Shown here: one piece after another, positions 40,297 to 50,728 of the stretch
How positions within the stretch are numbered: position 1 is the stretch's first letter
Layout: every line of letters starts with the position of its first letter
Assembly: GCA_029935075.1 (NCBI GenBank)
Contig: JAOZKZ010000001.1
Coordinates: 1 to 54,949 of the forward strand
From: Campylobacterales bacterium
Lineage (GTDB): Bacteria; Campylobacterota; Campylobacteria; Campylobacterales; QNZT01
DNA length: 54,949 nt
Direction of reading: 5' to 3'
Made by a program: the position numbers and the translations under genes
The notes under the pieces: generated by a model
Told to the model about the DNA's origin: nothing
Databases searched by the model: none
The model's input: only the letters and a program-made list of their open reading frames with translations

Positions 40297-41214
40297 ATGG
40301 CGTATCAGGATATAACATTTGAAATAACACAGCCTTGTATGGTTAACCTAGGTGATGGGAATTACCAATTATATAATGCAGGGGAACATACAGTTACCCC
40401 TTTGGGTTATGTAACTATAGAAAATACAGACACTGTTAATAAATTAGAGCAAATAGATTTTAAATCTAATACTATAAAAGAATTAGACATTCAGAAATGT
40501 GAAGGTTTAATAACGGCTGATAGTATGTGCAAGGGATTAAACTTATTAGAAAAATTCAACCTTCAAGGTGAAAACTTAATAACAGATTTTACTGATATGT
40601 TAAACGGTTGTCAACTAAGATACCTGCCAGAGATATATACCACAAATGGTACTAAATTTGATGGTATGTTAAAAGGCAATAGTAAAATGTATTGTTTGAA
40701 TAACATAGATACTAGGAATCAAGAATCAACTATTGGAATGCTTGATGATACACCTAATTTAGTCAACCCTACTTTATTAGAAAAGGTTCAAATAACATCT
40801 GGTTTAGATTATAATAATAATGATATTTGTGTTCCTTCGAGCACACCAGAAATCATTGCTACTCCTATATTAAATAGTGAAAATTATGCCCCTGATGATT
40901 CAGTAATTATAGTGGATATAGTTAACTATAACTCAGGTCAAGAATATTTTGCTGTGTCAAATACAGGAGATGTTGAAATATTGGATGGTAAAATTTATTG
41001 GGACTTGCCTAATGTAACAAGTGATGCCCCTGTTATATTATCTGTATATGCTACCAATTTTGGGTTAGTGTCAGATACCGCTAATTGGAATTTAGATATA
41101 TTAGATGATGATTATATTTTTTCTGCGGAAATTGTATTGGATCAAGCACAAGCACCTGCATTTAATAATAGTGTGTTAAATAACATCTGGACAGACTTAG
41201 GTCCAACGGTATAA
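40297..41214 (+). CDS. hypothetical structural protein with possible BspA-like leucine-rich repeats
   Basis: Quasi-repeats DSMCKGLNLLEKFNL / FTDMLNGCQLRYLPEIY / FDGMLKGNSKMYCLNNI / TIGMLDDTPNL. Confidence 0.6.
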   Translation: MAYQDITFEITQPCMVNLGDGNYQLYNAGEHTVTPLGYVTIENTDTVNKLEQIDFKSNTIKELDIQKCEGLITADSMCKGLNLLEKFNLQGENLITDFTDMLNGCQLRYLPEIYTTNGTKFDGMLKGNSKMYCLNNIDTRNQESTIGMLDDTPNLVNPTLLEKVQITSGLDYNNNDICVPSSTPEIIATPILNSENYAPDDSVIIVDIVNYNSGQEYFAVSNTGDVEILDGKIYWDLPNVTSDAPVILSVYATNFGLVSDTANWNLDILDDDYIFSAEIVLDQAQAPAFNNSVLNNIWTDLGPTV

Positions 41215-41223
41215 AGGAAATCA

Positions 41224-42969
41224 ATGAAAGCATTAATAGAAAATTCAGTATTTGTATCTGAAATAACACAGGCACCTGGTTTAGACTTCGGTAAATACAA
41301 AGTAGAATGTACATCAATACCAAAAACAGTAAATATCCTTCCTGCTGGTACTATGATTAAGGGTCAAAGCATAGGAGTAGATAAACCAAATATACAGAGT
41401 CTTTATGGTGATTATTGTGCGGTTTATCCCTTAAATTTAACATATAATAACATAGAAATAAATGTATATAAACATACTACTTACTGGGACCTGCAGAATA
41501 CCATAACTACACCCCGAGTAGGTGCTGACCATTTTGTGTGTAATGATGTATCTTTATATGATGATAAACTAATGATATCTACTACACAATGGCTAGGACA
41601 AGAGGATGCCGTTTATAATACTTATTTGTACATTTTAAATGAATCTACTCAAGTCTGGGGCATTACTAATACAATCAATACTGACAACTCAGCATCTATA
41701 AAATTATACAAAGACAAAGCAATTATAGCTCATGGTCAAACAATAGATATAATAACTTATATTGGTACTTGGAATGAGCAAGGAATGGAAACAATAACAG
41801 ACACAGACCTCCCTAATGATAACGCAGTATTTTCTGATATTGATATGACTGATGATACCTTTGCTATTGGTAGTAGCACTAATGGCTCAGGCATAGTAAA
41901 AGTTTATAAACTAGATGGTACATGGGTGTTAAATGAAACTTTAACTCCTGAAATAAACCCTAGCTATAATGAATTTGGGTATTCAGTAAGCCTAAATGGT
42001 TCAAATGAGTGTTTAGTAACCAGCAAATATTCAAATCAAGGCGTTCTTTATCATGCTGGTCTTTATGTATTTAATTATGATACGGAGATAAACACCTGGG
42101 CAGAGACACAGTGGATAGAAGACACAGGGTTATTTAGCCTTGGGACTTTTATATCTGTAGAAAATGACACAGGGGTAACTTCTGGTGAAAGTTTAGTATC
42201 ATTGACCAAGACAGATAAGTGGTATTTATTTACGGTTCCAGATAGTACAGGTATGGGTGATTTGAATCAATGTAATATAGACCCTGTTTATAAAATGACA
42301 GGATGTTCTGATTATAGCAATAATAAAATCCAATTTTTTGACCTGACAGATACCAACACAAAGACAACACTAAGAACTGATGATATTATTGAAATAGGCA
42401 CAAAAGGTTTAATATATGATGGTGTTAGTGTAAAAAAGGGTATTTTTGGAAACACATCAGCAGGGTTTATAGAAATTGTTGATTTTGAATTAGCAGATAT
42501 CCCCCATTTTGCATGGAAAGACCCAGTAATTCTGAGTGTTAGTGTAGAAAATACAGAAAATTACTGTATAGGATATGATAAACCTTTACATATAACTTCA
42601 ATCTTAGAAATGGAAGCAAAGACGACAGAAACTTCATCAGGGTTGTTAAATGCAGGTGATATTATTATTCTGACTATAAATAATTCTAATATTGAGGTGT
42701 TATGTACTGGGGTTTCTGTCGTGGTGGATGGAAGTGATTATAATTACACAATAACCTATGATAGCCTAGGGGTAGTGCCTACCAATATAAAAATAAAATC
42801 ACGAGGTGTTATACAGAACCCTAAGTATAGATATAATACAACAACAGAAATACTCACAGAAGAATATCTAATGATGACAACCGCTGGTAAATATGCTAGT
42901 ATAACAGCACAAGGGAATATAAATAGCGAGATAACATATTTGAAATTAGGATTATATGTCAAAAACTAG
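41224..42969 (+). CDS. structural protein with degenerate FG-GAP-like propeller repeats
   Basis: Segments such as FAIGSSTNGSGIVKVYKLDGTWVLNETL and FGYSVSLNGSNECLVTSKYSNQGVLYHAGLYVFNYD...W resemble the repeat of 52700-54091. Confidence 0.7.
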   Translation: MKALIENSVFVSEITQAPGLDFGKYKVECTSIPKTVNILPAGTMIKGQSIGVDKPNIQSLYGDYCAVYPLNLTYNNIEINVYKHTTYWDLQNTITTPRVGADHFVCNDVSLYDDKLMISTTQWLGQEDAVYNTYLYILNESTQVWGITNTINTDNSASIKLYKDKAIIAHGQTIDIITYIGTWNEQGMETITDTDLPNDNAVFSDIDMTDDTFAIGSSTNGSGIVKVYKLDGTWVLNETLTPEINPSYNEFGYSVSLNGSNECLVTSKYSNQGVLYHAGLYVFNYDTEINTWAETQWIEDTGLFSLGTFISVENDTGVTSGESLVSLTKTDKWYLFTVPDSTGMGDLNQCNIDPVYKMTGCSDYSNNKIQFFDLTDTNTKTTLRTDDIIEIGTKGLIYDGVSVKKGIFGNTSAGFIEIVDFELADIPHFAWKDPVILSVSVENTENYCIGYDKPLHITSILEMEAKTTETSSGLLNAGDIIILTINNSNIEVLCTGVSVVVDGSDYNYTITYDSLGVVPTNIKIKSRGVIQNPKYRYNTTTEILTEEYLMMTTAGKYASITAQGNINSEITYLKLGLYVKN

Positions 42970-42988
42970 TTACTCAGAAAGGAAATAA

Positions 42989-43768
42989 ATGTATAATAGT
43001 ATATATACTGGTGATACTATTGATGGTAATATAACAAAAGTTATCAATAATTCAGATTCTTGGGATAATAAGGAACCTATTTTGGGGAACCCTATTATTA
43101 ATGATTATGTATTAAAGTCTAAAATTGATGGTACTAGATTTTGGGGGATTAACTCTGTTTACTCAGAAACTGATAAGGAAAAGGTAGACCATATTTCGGT
43201 TACTGAGGATATTAACTTAGACTTGCTGAGTTCAGTAGGGCATCAACATCTAAATTTAAATATATTGAATCTAACTGAATCGAGTTTTCTACAAGATCAT
43301 AAAAATAAACTTGATTTTATTACTGTATCAGAATCCGTTGATTTAGGAGATATTTCAACAATAGAAACCAAGACTGATCTCATTACTGTAACGAGTGCTG
43401 TTAATTTAGATGATATTGTTACTGAATTAGAAACCATAACACCAAAAACAGACAAAATGGAAAATCTGGTAAGTTTAACCGATAGTGCCAGTGTTGATAT
43501 TGACATGAACACTGGCAGTACCTTTAGTTTAAATACGACTCAAGATTTTGTACTGAATGCTCCTACTAACTATGTTGCTGGGCAAACTGGTTTTATTTCT
43601 ATATATCAAGATGCGGTTGGTTCAAGGATTGTAACACTGGATAGTATGTATAAGACATCTAATGGATCAGTGGTAGTTTTAACTACCACACCCAATGCTA
43701 CAGATGTATTGAAATTTACTGTTCTAGGGTCTATCATTTTACTAGAATTAATACAAGATATAAAATAA
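42989..43768 (+). CDS. tail-fibre-associated protein
   Basis: Internal repeats DHISVTEDINLDLL / DFITVSESVDLGDI / DLITVTSAVNLDDI. The C-terminal domain is shared with 45210 and 50729. Confidence 0.7.
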   Translation: MYNSIYTGDTIDGNITKVINNSDSWDNKEPILGNPIINDYVLKSKIDGTRFWGINSVYSETDKEKVDHISVTEDINLDLLSSVGHQHLNLNILNLTESSFLQDHKNKLDFITVSESVDLGDISTIETKTDLITVTSAVNLDDIVTELETITPKTDKMENLVSLTDSASVDIDMNTGSTFSLNTTQDFVLNAPTNYVAGQTGFISIYQDAVGSRIVTLDSMYKTSNGSVVVLTTTPNATDVLKFTVLGSIILLELIQDIK

Positions 43769-43783
43769 AAATAAGGAGACAAA

Positions 43784-45148
43784 GTGTCACAAATAATAAA
43801 AATTAAAAGAGGAACCGAGTTAGCAAGAACTACCCTTGCCGCACCAGAGATAGGGGAAATATTATATACTAATGATGATTATGGTATATGGTTTGGTGAT
43901 GGTAGCACCATAGGTGGTATAGAAGCTGGATATTTAAGTACTACTAAAGGTGGTACCGTATCTGGTCCACTTACTGTTACTGGAAACCTGACCGTAAATG
44001 GTGAGGTGACTACTAGTACTTCTAATGATGTTATTATAGGTGATTCTATAATGGTCTTGAATAATAACTCGGCTGCCACCCCATCATGGAATGCTGGTTT
44101 TGAGGTAGAAAGAGGAGACTATACAAATGTTAGCATCCTTTGGCACGAGGGAGATAATGAATGGCAGTTGACCAAAGCCGTTGACGATGCCTCGGCTGGG
44201 GTAGTAAAAAGAATCCTTGATGAGGATGATATTCATACAGCAGGGAGTGGTATTTCCCTTTCTGGGACGGAGATTACTAACTCAGATTTAGGTTCTTCTC
44301 AATTATTCTACAAGACATTTACCGCTGATTCTGGTACTGATGCTGTTGCGAGTGCTAATGAAGATTCTATTGCTATCGTGGGCTCAGGGGATACTACTAC
44401 CGCAAGCACAGCGGATACTATCACTATTACTTCTCCTACTTATACTGCCTCTGGGGGTATAGTAAGAACCTCTGATGAATTTACCCATGCTACCGGGGCT
44501 AGCTGGTATCACCTTACAGATGATGGCGGTTCTGATGGAAGAGTCCTGACTGCTTCTTCTACACCAGGTGCATTTACATGGGAACTTGCTGGTGCGGCTA
44601 CTAATGATGCCGATATTAATCTGACTGGTTCAGGGGACATAACAGTAACGAGTTCATTAGACGGGGTAAACGGGTTGTTTACTACTAACCAAAACACCAA
44701 TGAAGAGTTTACTTTTGCTCATTCTAGTGATGACGGTTCTCTCCATGTTAGTGCTACTAGCACCACAAACAACCTTAAGGTATTGACCGCTGGTGCCTCG
44801 GCTGGAACATTCGATTGGGCTGACCCACAAGATGCGAGTACTAATGTATCTATTGTTAATACTAATGCTGATTATATAACCGTATCTGGGACTAACGACC
44901 AAACACTGACCCTAGAAAAAATAGACTGGGTTGATACCAATTTAGTAGATGGGTCTGGTTTAACAATATCTACTAATACTCTTTCTGTTGATTATGGTAA
45001 TTCTGCTGGGAGTGCTCTTGAAGGTGACTCTGGGTTAGGTGATTTGAGTGATGTTACCTTGACTACCGAGGGTGAAGGCGACCTGATTGTTATGAACGGT
45101 TCTGGTCAATTTGTCAACACTGATACCGTAGATGGTGGTACATTCTAA
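43784..45148 (+). CDS. tail fibre protein (GTG start)
   Basis: RBS is aaggagacaaaGTG. The N-terminus IIKIKRGTELARTTLAAPEIGEILYTNDDYGIWFGDG is the widespread phage-fibre N-terminal motif (Mtd-N-like). The remainder is Ser/Thr/Gly-rich. Confidence 0.8.
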   Translation: MSQIIKIKRGTELARTTLAAPEIGEILYTNDDYGIWFGDGSTIGGIEAGYLSTTKGGTVSGPLTVTGNLTVNGEVTTSTSNDVIIGDSIMVLNNNSAATPSWNAGFEVERGDYTNVSILWHEGDNEWQLTKAVDDASAGVVKRILDEDDIHTAGSGISLSGTEITNSDLGSSQLFYKTFTADSGTDAVASANEDSIAIVGSGDTTTASTADTITITSPTYTASGGIVRTSDEFTHATGASWYHLTDDGGSDGRVLTASSTPGAFTWELAGAATNDADINLTGSGDITVTSSLDGVNGLFTTNQNTNEEFTFAHSSDDGSLHVSATSTTNNLKVLTAGASAGTFDWADPQDASTNVSIVNTNADYITVSGTNDQTLTLEKIDWVDTNLVDGSGLTISTNTLSVDYGNSAGSALEGDSGLGDLSDVTLTTEGEGDLIVMNGSGQFVNTDTVDGGTF

Positions 45149-45151
45149 AAA

Positions 45152-45198
45152 ATTTACTAAGTAAATACCTATATAGGTAAATAAAGGCGTATATACGC
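45152..45198. repeat. three adjacent perfect palindromes in the gap between fibre genes
   Basis: atttactaagtaaat (45152-45166), tacctatataggta (45166-45179) and gcgtatatacgc (45187-45198). Confidence 0.9.
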
Positions 45199-45209
45199 AA
45201 GGATAGAAC

Positions 45210-47039
45210 ATGGCTCAAACTATAAAACTCAAGCGGTCAAATACCGCTGATAATATCCCTGAAACTACACAAGTAGACTTCGGGGAAATGGCTATCAATA
45301 CAAGAGATGGTCTTTTATGGACTATACAAGACACCGATGGTGCAGGGACCAAGGGATTGATCACTGTACTCACCGAGAATAATTCAATACAAGACCTGAG
45401 TGATGTTCACTCAATGTCCCCTAGTGATGGTGATGTTCTGACATATGATGACACTAATGGTTGGCAAGCGGAAACACTCGACTCATCAGGTTCGCCAGTA
45501 GTCACTGTAGTTGATTTTACCGCTGATGCTTCACAGGACACATTTGTTACTAATTATAATACTGATAATGTAGAAGTTTATTCAAGTGGTGTGAAATTAA
45601 GATCAACCGAATACACTGCTACAAATGGCACCTCTGTTGTATTAGATCAAGAGTTAGACATAGACACATGGGTTCAAGTCCGTTCTAATACCGATTCGCC
45701 TGGTGCTACTGTTCCTTGGGGTTCAGTTACTGGAACCCCTGATAATATTTCAGGCTATGGTATTACTGATGCTATGGCTTCGACTGGTGATTTAGCCTTA
45801 GTCACCACAGGAACAATAACCACGGGTACTTGGGAAGCAACCCCTGTAACAGATACTTATATTTCTAGTGCTAGCACATGGAGCAATAAACAAGACCCAG
45901 AAACCACAATCTCGGGTTATGGAATTACTGATGCTTATGACCTTGTTTCGAGTGATAGTGTTTGTGATGTTGATTACAATGCTATGAAAATCGAATATAA
46001 TGTATCTGGTTCTGATGCTTGTACTGGAACACAATATCATAATGGACTTTTGATAGATGTTAATAATAATGCTACTGGTGGTACTGGTGCCAATGAACAC
46101 ATAGTACAGGGCATATGGGTTGATTATAATGGATTAAATAGCACCACTTCAGACAAAGTAAGATGTTTTTATGCAGATTGTAAAAGTAACCAAACCGCAG
46201 GGACTACTGAATACCTTTCAGGGTCTTTTAATAGAATAATAGGAGCAAATACAGGTGGGAATATATCCAATGTTTACGGATGCTATTCAACAAGTATAGA
46301 TCTAAATGAAGGAACAGTGTCGCACCTCGGGGCTGGTCATTTTTTGTGTCAAAAACAATCTACTGGTACCGCTGTTACTGCTACAGCCACAGGGGTACAC
46401 GGTGAAGTACAAATAGATGAAGGAGCAGGGGTAATAACCTCAGCCGTGGCGGTAAATGCTATTATTGATAATAATGTTACTACTTCTCCAGAAGGTGCGA
46501 TAGGGACTGCTTATTTGTTCCAAGGGACTTATGAGGGGACTATTCCTACTAATGCTTATGGGATTTATATAGGCTCTGCTGTTGATAATTACTTAGGTGG
46601 TAATTTAGAAGTCAATACAAATTTAGATATTGGTGGAGATTTATCAGTCACTGGAGAGGTAACAGGGAATTTAGATATTGGTGGAGATTTATCAGTCACT
46701 GGAGAGGTAACAGGGGAAGTTAATTTTGCTGGGGTATCTACATATAATTATACCAGTACCAGCACAAACATTGATTTATCCAATGGTAACAGTTTCTACA
46801 TAAACTGTACTGCTAATCTTACACAAACCTTTAGTAATATACCCTCTTCTGGTAAAACTGTTATTATTACACTAGAATTATATGATGCTGGGGACTTTAC
46901 GATTACATGGGACTCCTCAATAAATTGGGCAAACGGGACAGTGCCTACTTTTACATCAGATGGAACAGATATAGTGACCATGTACACCAGAGATTCTGGG
47001 ACAAACTGGCATGCTTCTGCTCAATTAGGATACGCATGA
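45210..47039 (+). CDS. tail fibre protein
   Basis: N-terminus TIKLKRSNTADNIPETTQVDFGEMAINTRDGLLW. It shares a mid domain with 49198 and 50729 and a C-terminal domain with 42989 and 50729. Confidence 0.8.
   Translation: MAQTIKLKRSNTADNIPETTQVDFGEMAINTRDGLLWTIQDTDGAGTKGLITVLTENNSIQDLSDVHSMSPSDGDVLTYDDTNGWQAETLDSSGSPVVTVVDFTADASQDTFVTNYNTDNVEVYSSGVKLRSTEYTATNGTSVVLDQELDIDTWVQVRSNTDSPGATVPWGSVTGTPDNISGYGITDAMASTGDLALVTTGTITTGTWEATPVTDTYISSASTWSNKQDPETTISGYGITDAYDLVSSDSVCDVDYNAMKIEYNVSGSDACTGTQYHNGLLIDVNNNATGGTGANEHIVQGIWVDYNGLNSTTSDKVRCFYADCKSNQTAGTTEYLSGSFNRIIGANTGGNISNVYGCYSTSIDLNEGTVSHLGAGHFLCQKQSTGTAVTATATGVHGEVQIDEGAGVITSAVAVNAIIDNNVTTSPEGAIGTAYLFQGTYEGTIPTNAYGIYIGSAVDNYLGGNLEVNTNLDIGGDLSVTGEVTGNLDIGGDLSVTGEVTGEVNFAGVSTYNYTSTSTNIDLSNGNSFYINCTANLTQTFSNIPSSGKTVIITLELYDAGDFTITWDSSINWANGTVPTFTSDGTDIVTMYTRDSGTNWHASAQLGYA
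46620..46715 (+). repeat. perfect 48-bp tandem duplication inside fibre gene 45210-47039
   Basis: aatttagatattggtggagatttatcagtcactggagaggtaacaggg occurs at 46620-46667 and again at 46668-46715. It encodes NLDIGGDLSVTGEVTG twice. Confidence 0.95.
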
Positions 47040-48607
47040 TTAATGCTATGATGATATCAGGAAGAGGTGGCATAGAGGGTGCATGGATTCTAAGAAACTT
47101 CAGCACAGGTCAAGAAGAAACAAGCACGGCTAATGTAGACCCTAGTGGATTATATTTTAGCACAGACGGCACTAAGATGTACACATCTGATCAGCAAGAT
47201 TATATTTACCAGTATGATTTAAGTACACCTTGGGATATAATCACTAGCAGTTATAATTCTGTGAATGTTTCTACACAAGATAGTACTGCTCAAGGTTTGA
47301 CTTTTAGTGCAGATGGATCAAAGATGTATGAAATAGGGCAAAATCAAGACAAGATATATCAATACGATTTATCTACAGACTGGGACCTAAGTACGGCTGA
47401 TTATGCTACTAACTCGGTAAATATTAATACCCAAGATGCTACACCGAGGGGTGTGTTTTTTAAACCAGATGGCTCAAGGATGTATGAGACTGGGACTGGG
47501 GGTGATAAGGTTTACCAATACGATTTAGGTACTAATTGGGACTTAAGTACGGCTGACTATGCTACTGACTCGGTAAACATAGTTTGTGCTACCACAGACC
47601 CACAAGACTTATTTTTTAAACCAGATGGCTCAAGAATGTGGACTGTACATACTAATGATTTAATTTACCAGTACGATCTAGGGACTAACTGGGATGTATC
47701 AACGGCTGATTATGCTACTAACTCGGTAAATATTGATGGTATTACTGACAATATTACTGGTTTGTTTTTTAGCCCTGATGGATTTATTCTTTACACAGTA
47801 GATACTACTAATGAAATGGTTTATCAAATTTATCTTAAAACACCATGGGATATAGAGTATTTCTACCCTGGGATGGAAATGGACCCAGAGGGGACAAATG
47901 TTCAAGGTCTTTGGTTTAAACCTGATGGCACAAGAATGTATAGCACAGATATGGATGATGATAATATTTACCAGTATGATTTAAGTACAGCTTGGGATAT
48001 AACTTCGGCTGTTTATAACTCTGTTACTATTTCTACAGCGGCAGGTGGGCATCAAAATATAGTATTTAGCACAGACGGGTCAAAGATGTACTCAATAGAC
48101 AAGGGGGATTACATATATCAATACGATTTAAGTACTAATTGGGACTTAAGTACGGCTGATTATGCTACTAACTCGGTAAAATTAAGCACCGAAAGCTCAG
48201 AGCCCAATGGATTATTTTTTAAACCAGATGGTTCAAGGATGTATATCTCGGATACACTTTCTGATTTGATTTACCAATACGATTTATCTACAGACTGGGA
48301 CTTAAGTACGGCTGATTATGCTACTAACTCGGTAAACAAAGCCACACAAGGCACATTTACGCAACAAATATTTTTTAAACCAGACGGGCTAATAATGTAT
48401 GAAGCAGACTCTGCGTCAGACATGATGCACCAATGGACACTAAGTACACCATGGGACTTAAGTACCGCTTCTATAGATACGGAGTCTGCAGTACCTGTGG
48501 ATAATGCTATACAAAGTCTATTTTTTAAACCTGATGGTTCAGTCATGTATCAATCAGACAACCTAAATAACAAAATATATCAACTTAAAATAAGAGGAAA
48601 AGAATGA
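47036..48607 (+). CDS. beta-propeller repeat protein, about 10 repeats (start revised from 46907)
   Basis: ATGA overlap with the fibre gene. The ~50-aa repeat is GLFFKPDGSRMY....D.IYQYDLST.WDLSTADYATNSVN, where the F[KS]PDG element is PD40/TolB-like. Confidence 0.75.
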   Translation: MINAMMISGRGGIEGAWILRNFSTGQEETSTANVDPSGLYFSTDGTKMYTSDQQDYIYQYDLSTPWDIITSSYNSVNVSTQDSTAQGLTFSADGSKMYEIGQNQDKIYQYDLSTDWDLSTADYATNSVNINTQDATPRGVFFKPDGSRMYETGTGGDKVYQYDLGTNWDLSTADYATDSVNIVCATTDPQDLFFKPDGSRMWTVHTNDLIYQYDLGTNWDVSTADYATNSVNIDGITDNITGLFFSPDGFILYTVDTTNEMVYQIYLKTPWDIEYFYPGMEMDPEGTNVQGLWFKPDGTRMYSTDMDDDNIYQYDLSTAWDITSAVYNSVTISTAAGGHQNIVFSTDGSKMYSIDKGDYIYQYDLSTNWDLSTADYATNSVKLSTESSEPNGLFFKPDGSRMYISDTLSDLIYQYDLSTDWDLSTADYATNSVNKATQGTFTQQIFFKPDGLIMYEADSASDMMHQWTLSTPWDLSTASIDTESAVPVDNAIQSLFFKPDGSVMYQSDNLNNKIYQLKIRGKE

Positions 48608-49185
48608 AATACCAAAACACCGTTACCAAAGAAGTAATTACTTATGCTGTGTTAGTATCAAGATACCCTAATACATCTTTTCCAAAAGATGGGAAAGAAA
48701 CACTATTAGATTGGAACTTAGTATCAGAAACACCCAAACCTGATGTGACTATAAACCAAGTAGTAAAAGAATCCACAATAGATTACACCCAAACATGGGA
48801 GATTCTTGACCTGACACCAGAAGAAAAAGCCCTAAAACTAGAAAAGAATAAAACATTAGCATTGAATAAAATCACTAATGATTTTAAAGGGATAACTAGA
48901 CCTGAAACACAAGTGATATTAGATTCTGGGACGGTTATTCAAGTAGATGCTGGGAGAGATGATAAAGACAACTTTAAAGAAAACTACATATTATTGGATC
49001 GTCTTTCAGAAACCACATCAAGAATAAAAGACTCAAGTAATATTTTACACGATTGCACCAGAGATGATATAGAAAGATGCTACTTAAATATAGTAAATAA
49101 TTTTAATATTATGATGAATTTAAAATGGGATAAAGAACTTAGCATTCAGGCTTGTGTGACTTTAGAACAATTAGAAGCCCTATAG
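48604..49185 (+). CDS. hypothetical protein in the fibre cluster (possible fibre assembly/accessory protein)
   Basis: ATGA overlap. The function guess rests on position only. Confidence 0.55.
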   Translation: MKYQNTVTKEVITYAVLVSRYPNTSFPKDGKETLLDWNLVSETPKPDVTINQVVKESTIDYTQTWEILDLTPEEKALKLEKNKTLALNKITNDFKGITRPETQVILDSGTVIQVDAGRDDKDNFKENYILLDRLSETTSRIKDSSNILHDCTRDDIERCYLNIVNNFNIMMNLKWDKELSIQACVTLEQLEAL

Positions 49186-49197
49186 TAAGGATAAAAA

Positions 49198-50688
49198 ATG
49201 ATTAAAAGACCACTGTATAATTTTGTTGATACATCTGAATTAGGGATTAATTTAGTCCCTTTGAATTCAATAGTTTATATTAACGATGCCGATGGAAACG
49301 GAAATAGTAAGATTATAGTATTAATAAGCAAAAATACTATTACTGGATCAAGTACTATACAAGATTTGTTAGATAATGGTGCATTATACCAAGATTTAAC
49401 CGCTTCAAAAACTACCAAGGTGAATTTTACCGCCACCACGGATCAAACAGAATTTGTAACTGACTATAATACAGAATCAGTAATAGTATTTGTAGGAGGT
49501 ATTAAATTAAGAAGTACAGAATACACAGCAACAAATGGAACCTCTATTATCCTTGAAGCACAAAATGAAGGAACATGGGTACAAGTAATATCAAATTCAG
49601 ATTCCCCTGCTTTGACGGGAAATGGTATAGATAATATAACCAGAACAACTGGTGATGGTTCAGAAGGAACTACTGATACTTATACTATTACTTACACTAA
49701 TACCGAGATTGATACCTTTGATGTTTATCAAGGAAATGATGGAAATAGTATAAATTCGATTACTAGAACAACTGGTGATGGTTCGCCTGGTACTACTGAT
49801 ACTTATACAATAGATTATAATAATATAGCAGATACTTACTTTGATGTTTATCAAGGTGCGGATGGGACACCTACTACATTAACAGCAGGAACAATAACAG
49901 ACACTTCTTATGGGATAACTTCAGATGGTGGTACTGATGATATAATTTTACCCCAGGCTAGCACCACAGAAGCAGGTCTTTTGAGTGCGACTAAATGGAA
50001 TGAGATAGTAGCTAATAATGCTAAAGTTTCATATCCCGGTACTGCTGATGCTACTGAATTAAACATTTTAGATGGAGCTACTTTAAGCACCACTGAATTA
50101 AACACATTAACTGGTATTACTGCTGATGTTGGTGAATTAAACATTTTAGATGGAGTCACAGCTGATGCTAGTGAATTAAATTATGTAGATGGTGTCACTT
50201 CTAGCATACAAGATCAGTTTGATGATTTATCAGTCCCTAAAATAATTAAGTGTATTTCTGCTTCTACGGCTCAAGATGCGGATACTGCACATTATATTTT
50301 CTGGGATACCCCTATTACTGGGATGAATGATACGGATTATTTTACTTATAATCCTAATTCACAAACCGATGTCACCGAAATAAAGGTATTGATCACAGGG
50401 ATTTACAGGGTTTATTACAATTTTGGATATCATAACACACAAACCGGTAGATGTACGGTAGAGGGTTCGGTCAGAATAGGGGCATTAAACCAAGATGAAA
50501 CAATAGCACAAAAATATTCAAGGGGTGCGGCTTATGAAACTTTAATAACGGGCAATAACTCAAGTCTTTTAAGCCTGACTGCTAACGATATAGTATCCAT
50601 TTATATTTACCTGAATAACGCTGATGCCGCTGGAGCAGTCACCAAGACTTATGGTAGTTGTTCAATCTCTATAGAATTTGTGAGATAA
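49198..50688 (+). CDS. tail fibre / receptor-binding protein
   Basis: Its N-terminal anchor is shared with 50729 and 52215. It has a shared mid domain, fibre motifs TTEAGLLSATKWNEI and repeated ELNILDG[AV]T, and a globular C-terminal domain. Confidence 0.8.
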   Translation: MIKRPLYNFVDTSELGINLVPLNSIVYINDADGNGNSKIIVLISKNTITGSSTIQDLLDNGALYQDLTASKTTKVNFTATTDQTEFVTDYNTESVIVFVGGIKLRSTEYTATNGTSIILEAQNEGTWVQVISNSDSPALTGNGIDNITRTTGDGSEGTTDTYTITYTNTEIDTFDVYQGNDGNSINSITRTTGDGSPGTTDTYTIDYNNIADTYFDVYQGADGTPTTLTAGTITDTSYGITSDGGTDDIILPQASTTEAGLLSATKWNEIVANNAKVSYPGTADATELNILDGATLSTTELNTLTGITADVGELNILDGVTADASELNYVDGVTSSIQDQFDDLSVPKIIKCISASTAQDADTAHYIFWDTPITGMNDTDYFTYNPNSQTDVTEIKVLITGIYRVYYNFGYHNTQTGRCTVEGSVRIGALNQDETIAQKYSRGAAYETLITGNNSSLLSLTANDIVSIYIYLNNADAAGAVTKTYGSCSISIEFVR

Positions 50689-50728
50689 ATGAATTAAATC
50701 ACATTAAATAACTAAAATAGGATAAAAA

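Noticed and set aside
45671-45681. tRNA T-arm-like string ggttcaagtcc.
   Set aside because: It lies in frame inside tail-fibre gene 45210-47039 (coding TWVQVRS). The same protein motif is encoded with different nucleotides in the paralogous domains at about 49575 and 51110. No acceptor or anticodon stems are present around it. I found no convincing tRNA, rRNA or other RNA gene in the window.
49636-49860. Diversity-generating retroelement (TR/VR pair) acting on fibre genes. This was prompted by the Mtd-like fibre N-terminus and by internal near-repeats (ITRTTGDGS.GTTDTYTI...DVYQG.DG x2).
   Set aside because: No reverse transcriptase gene is present in the window. The differences between the two repeat copies are not restricted to adenine positions, and both copies are in frame in the same gene.
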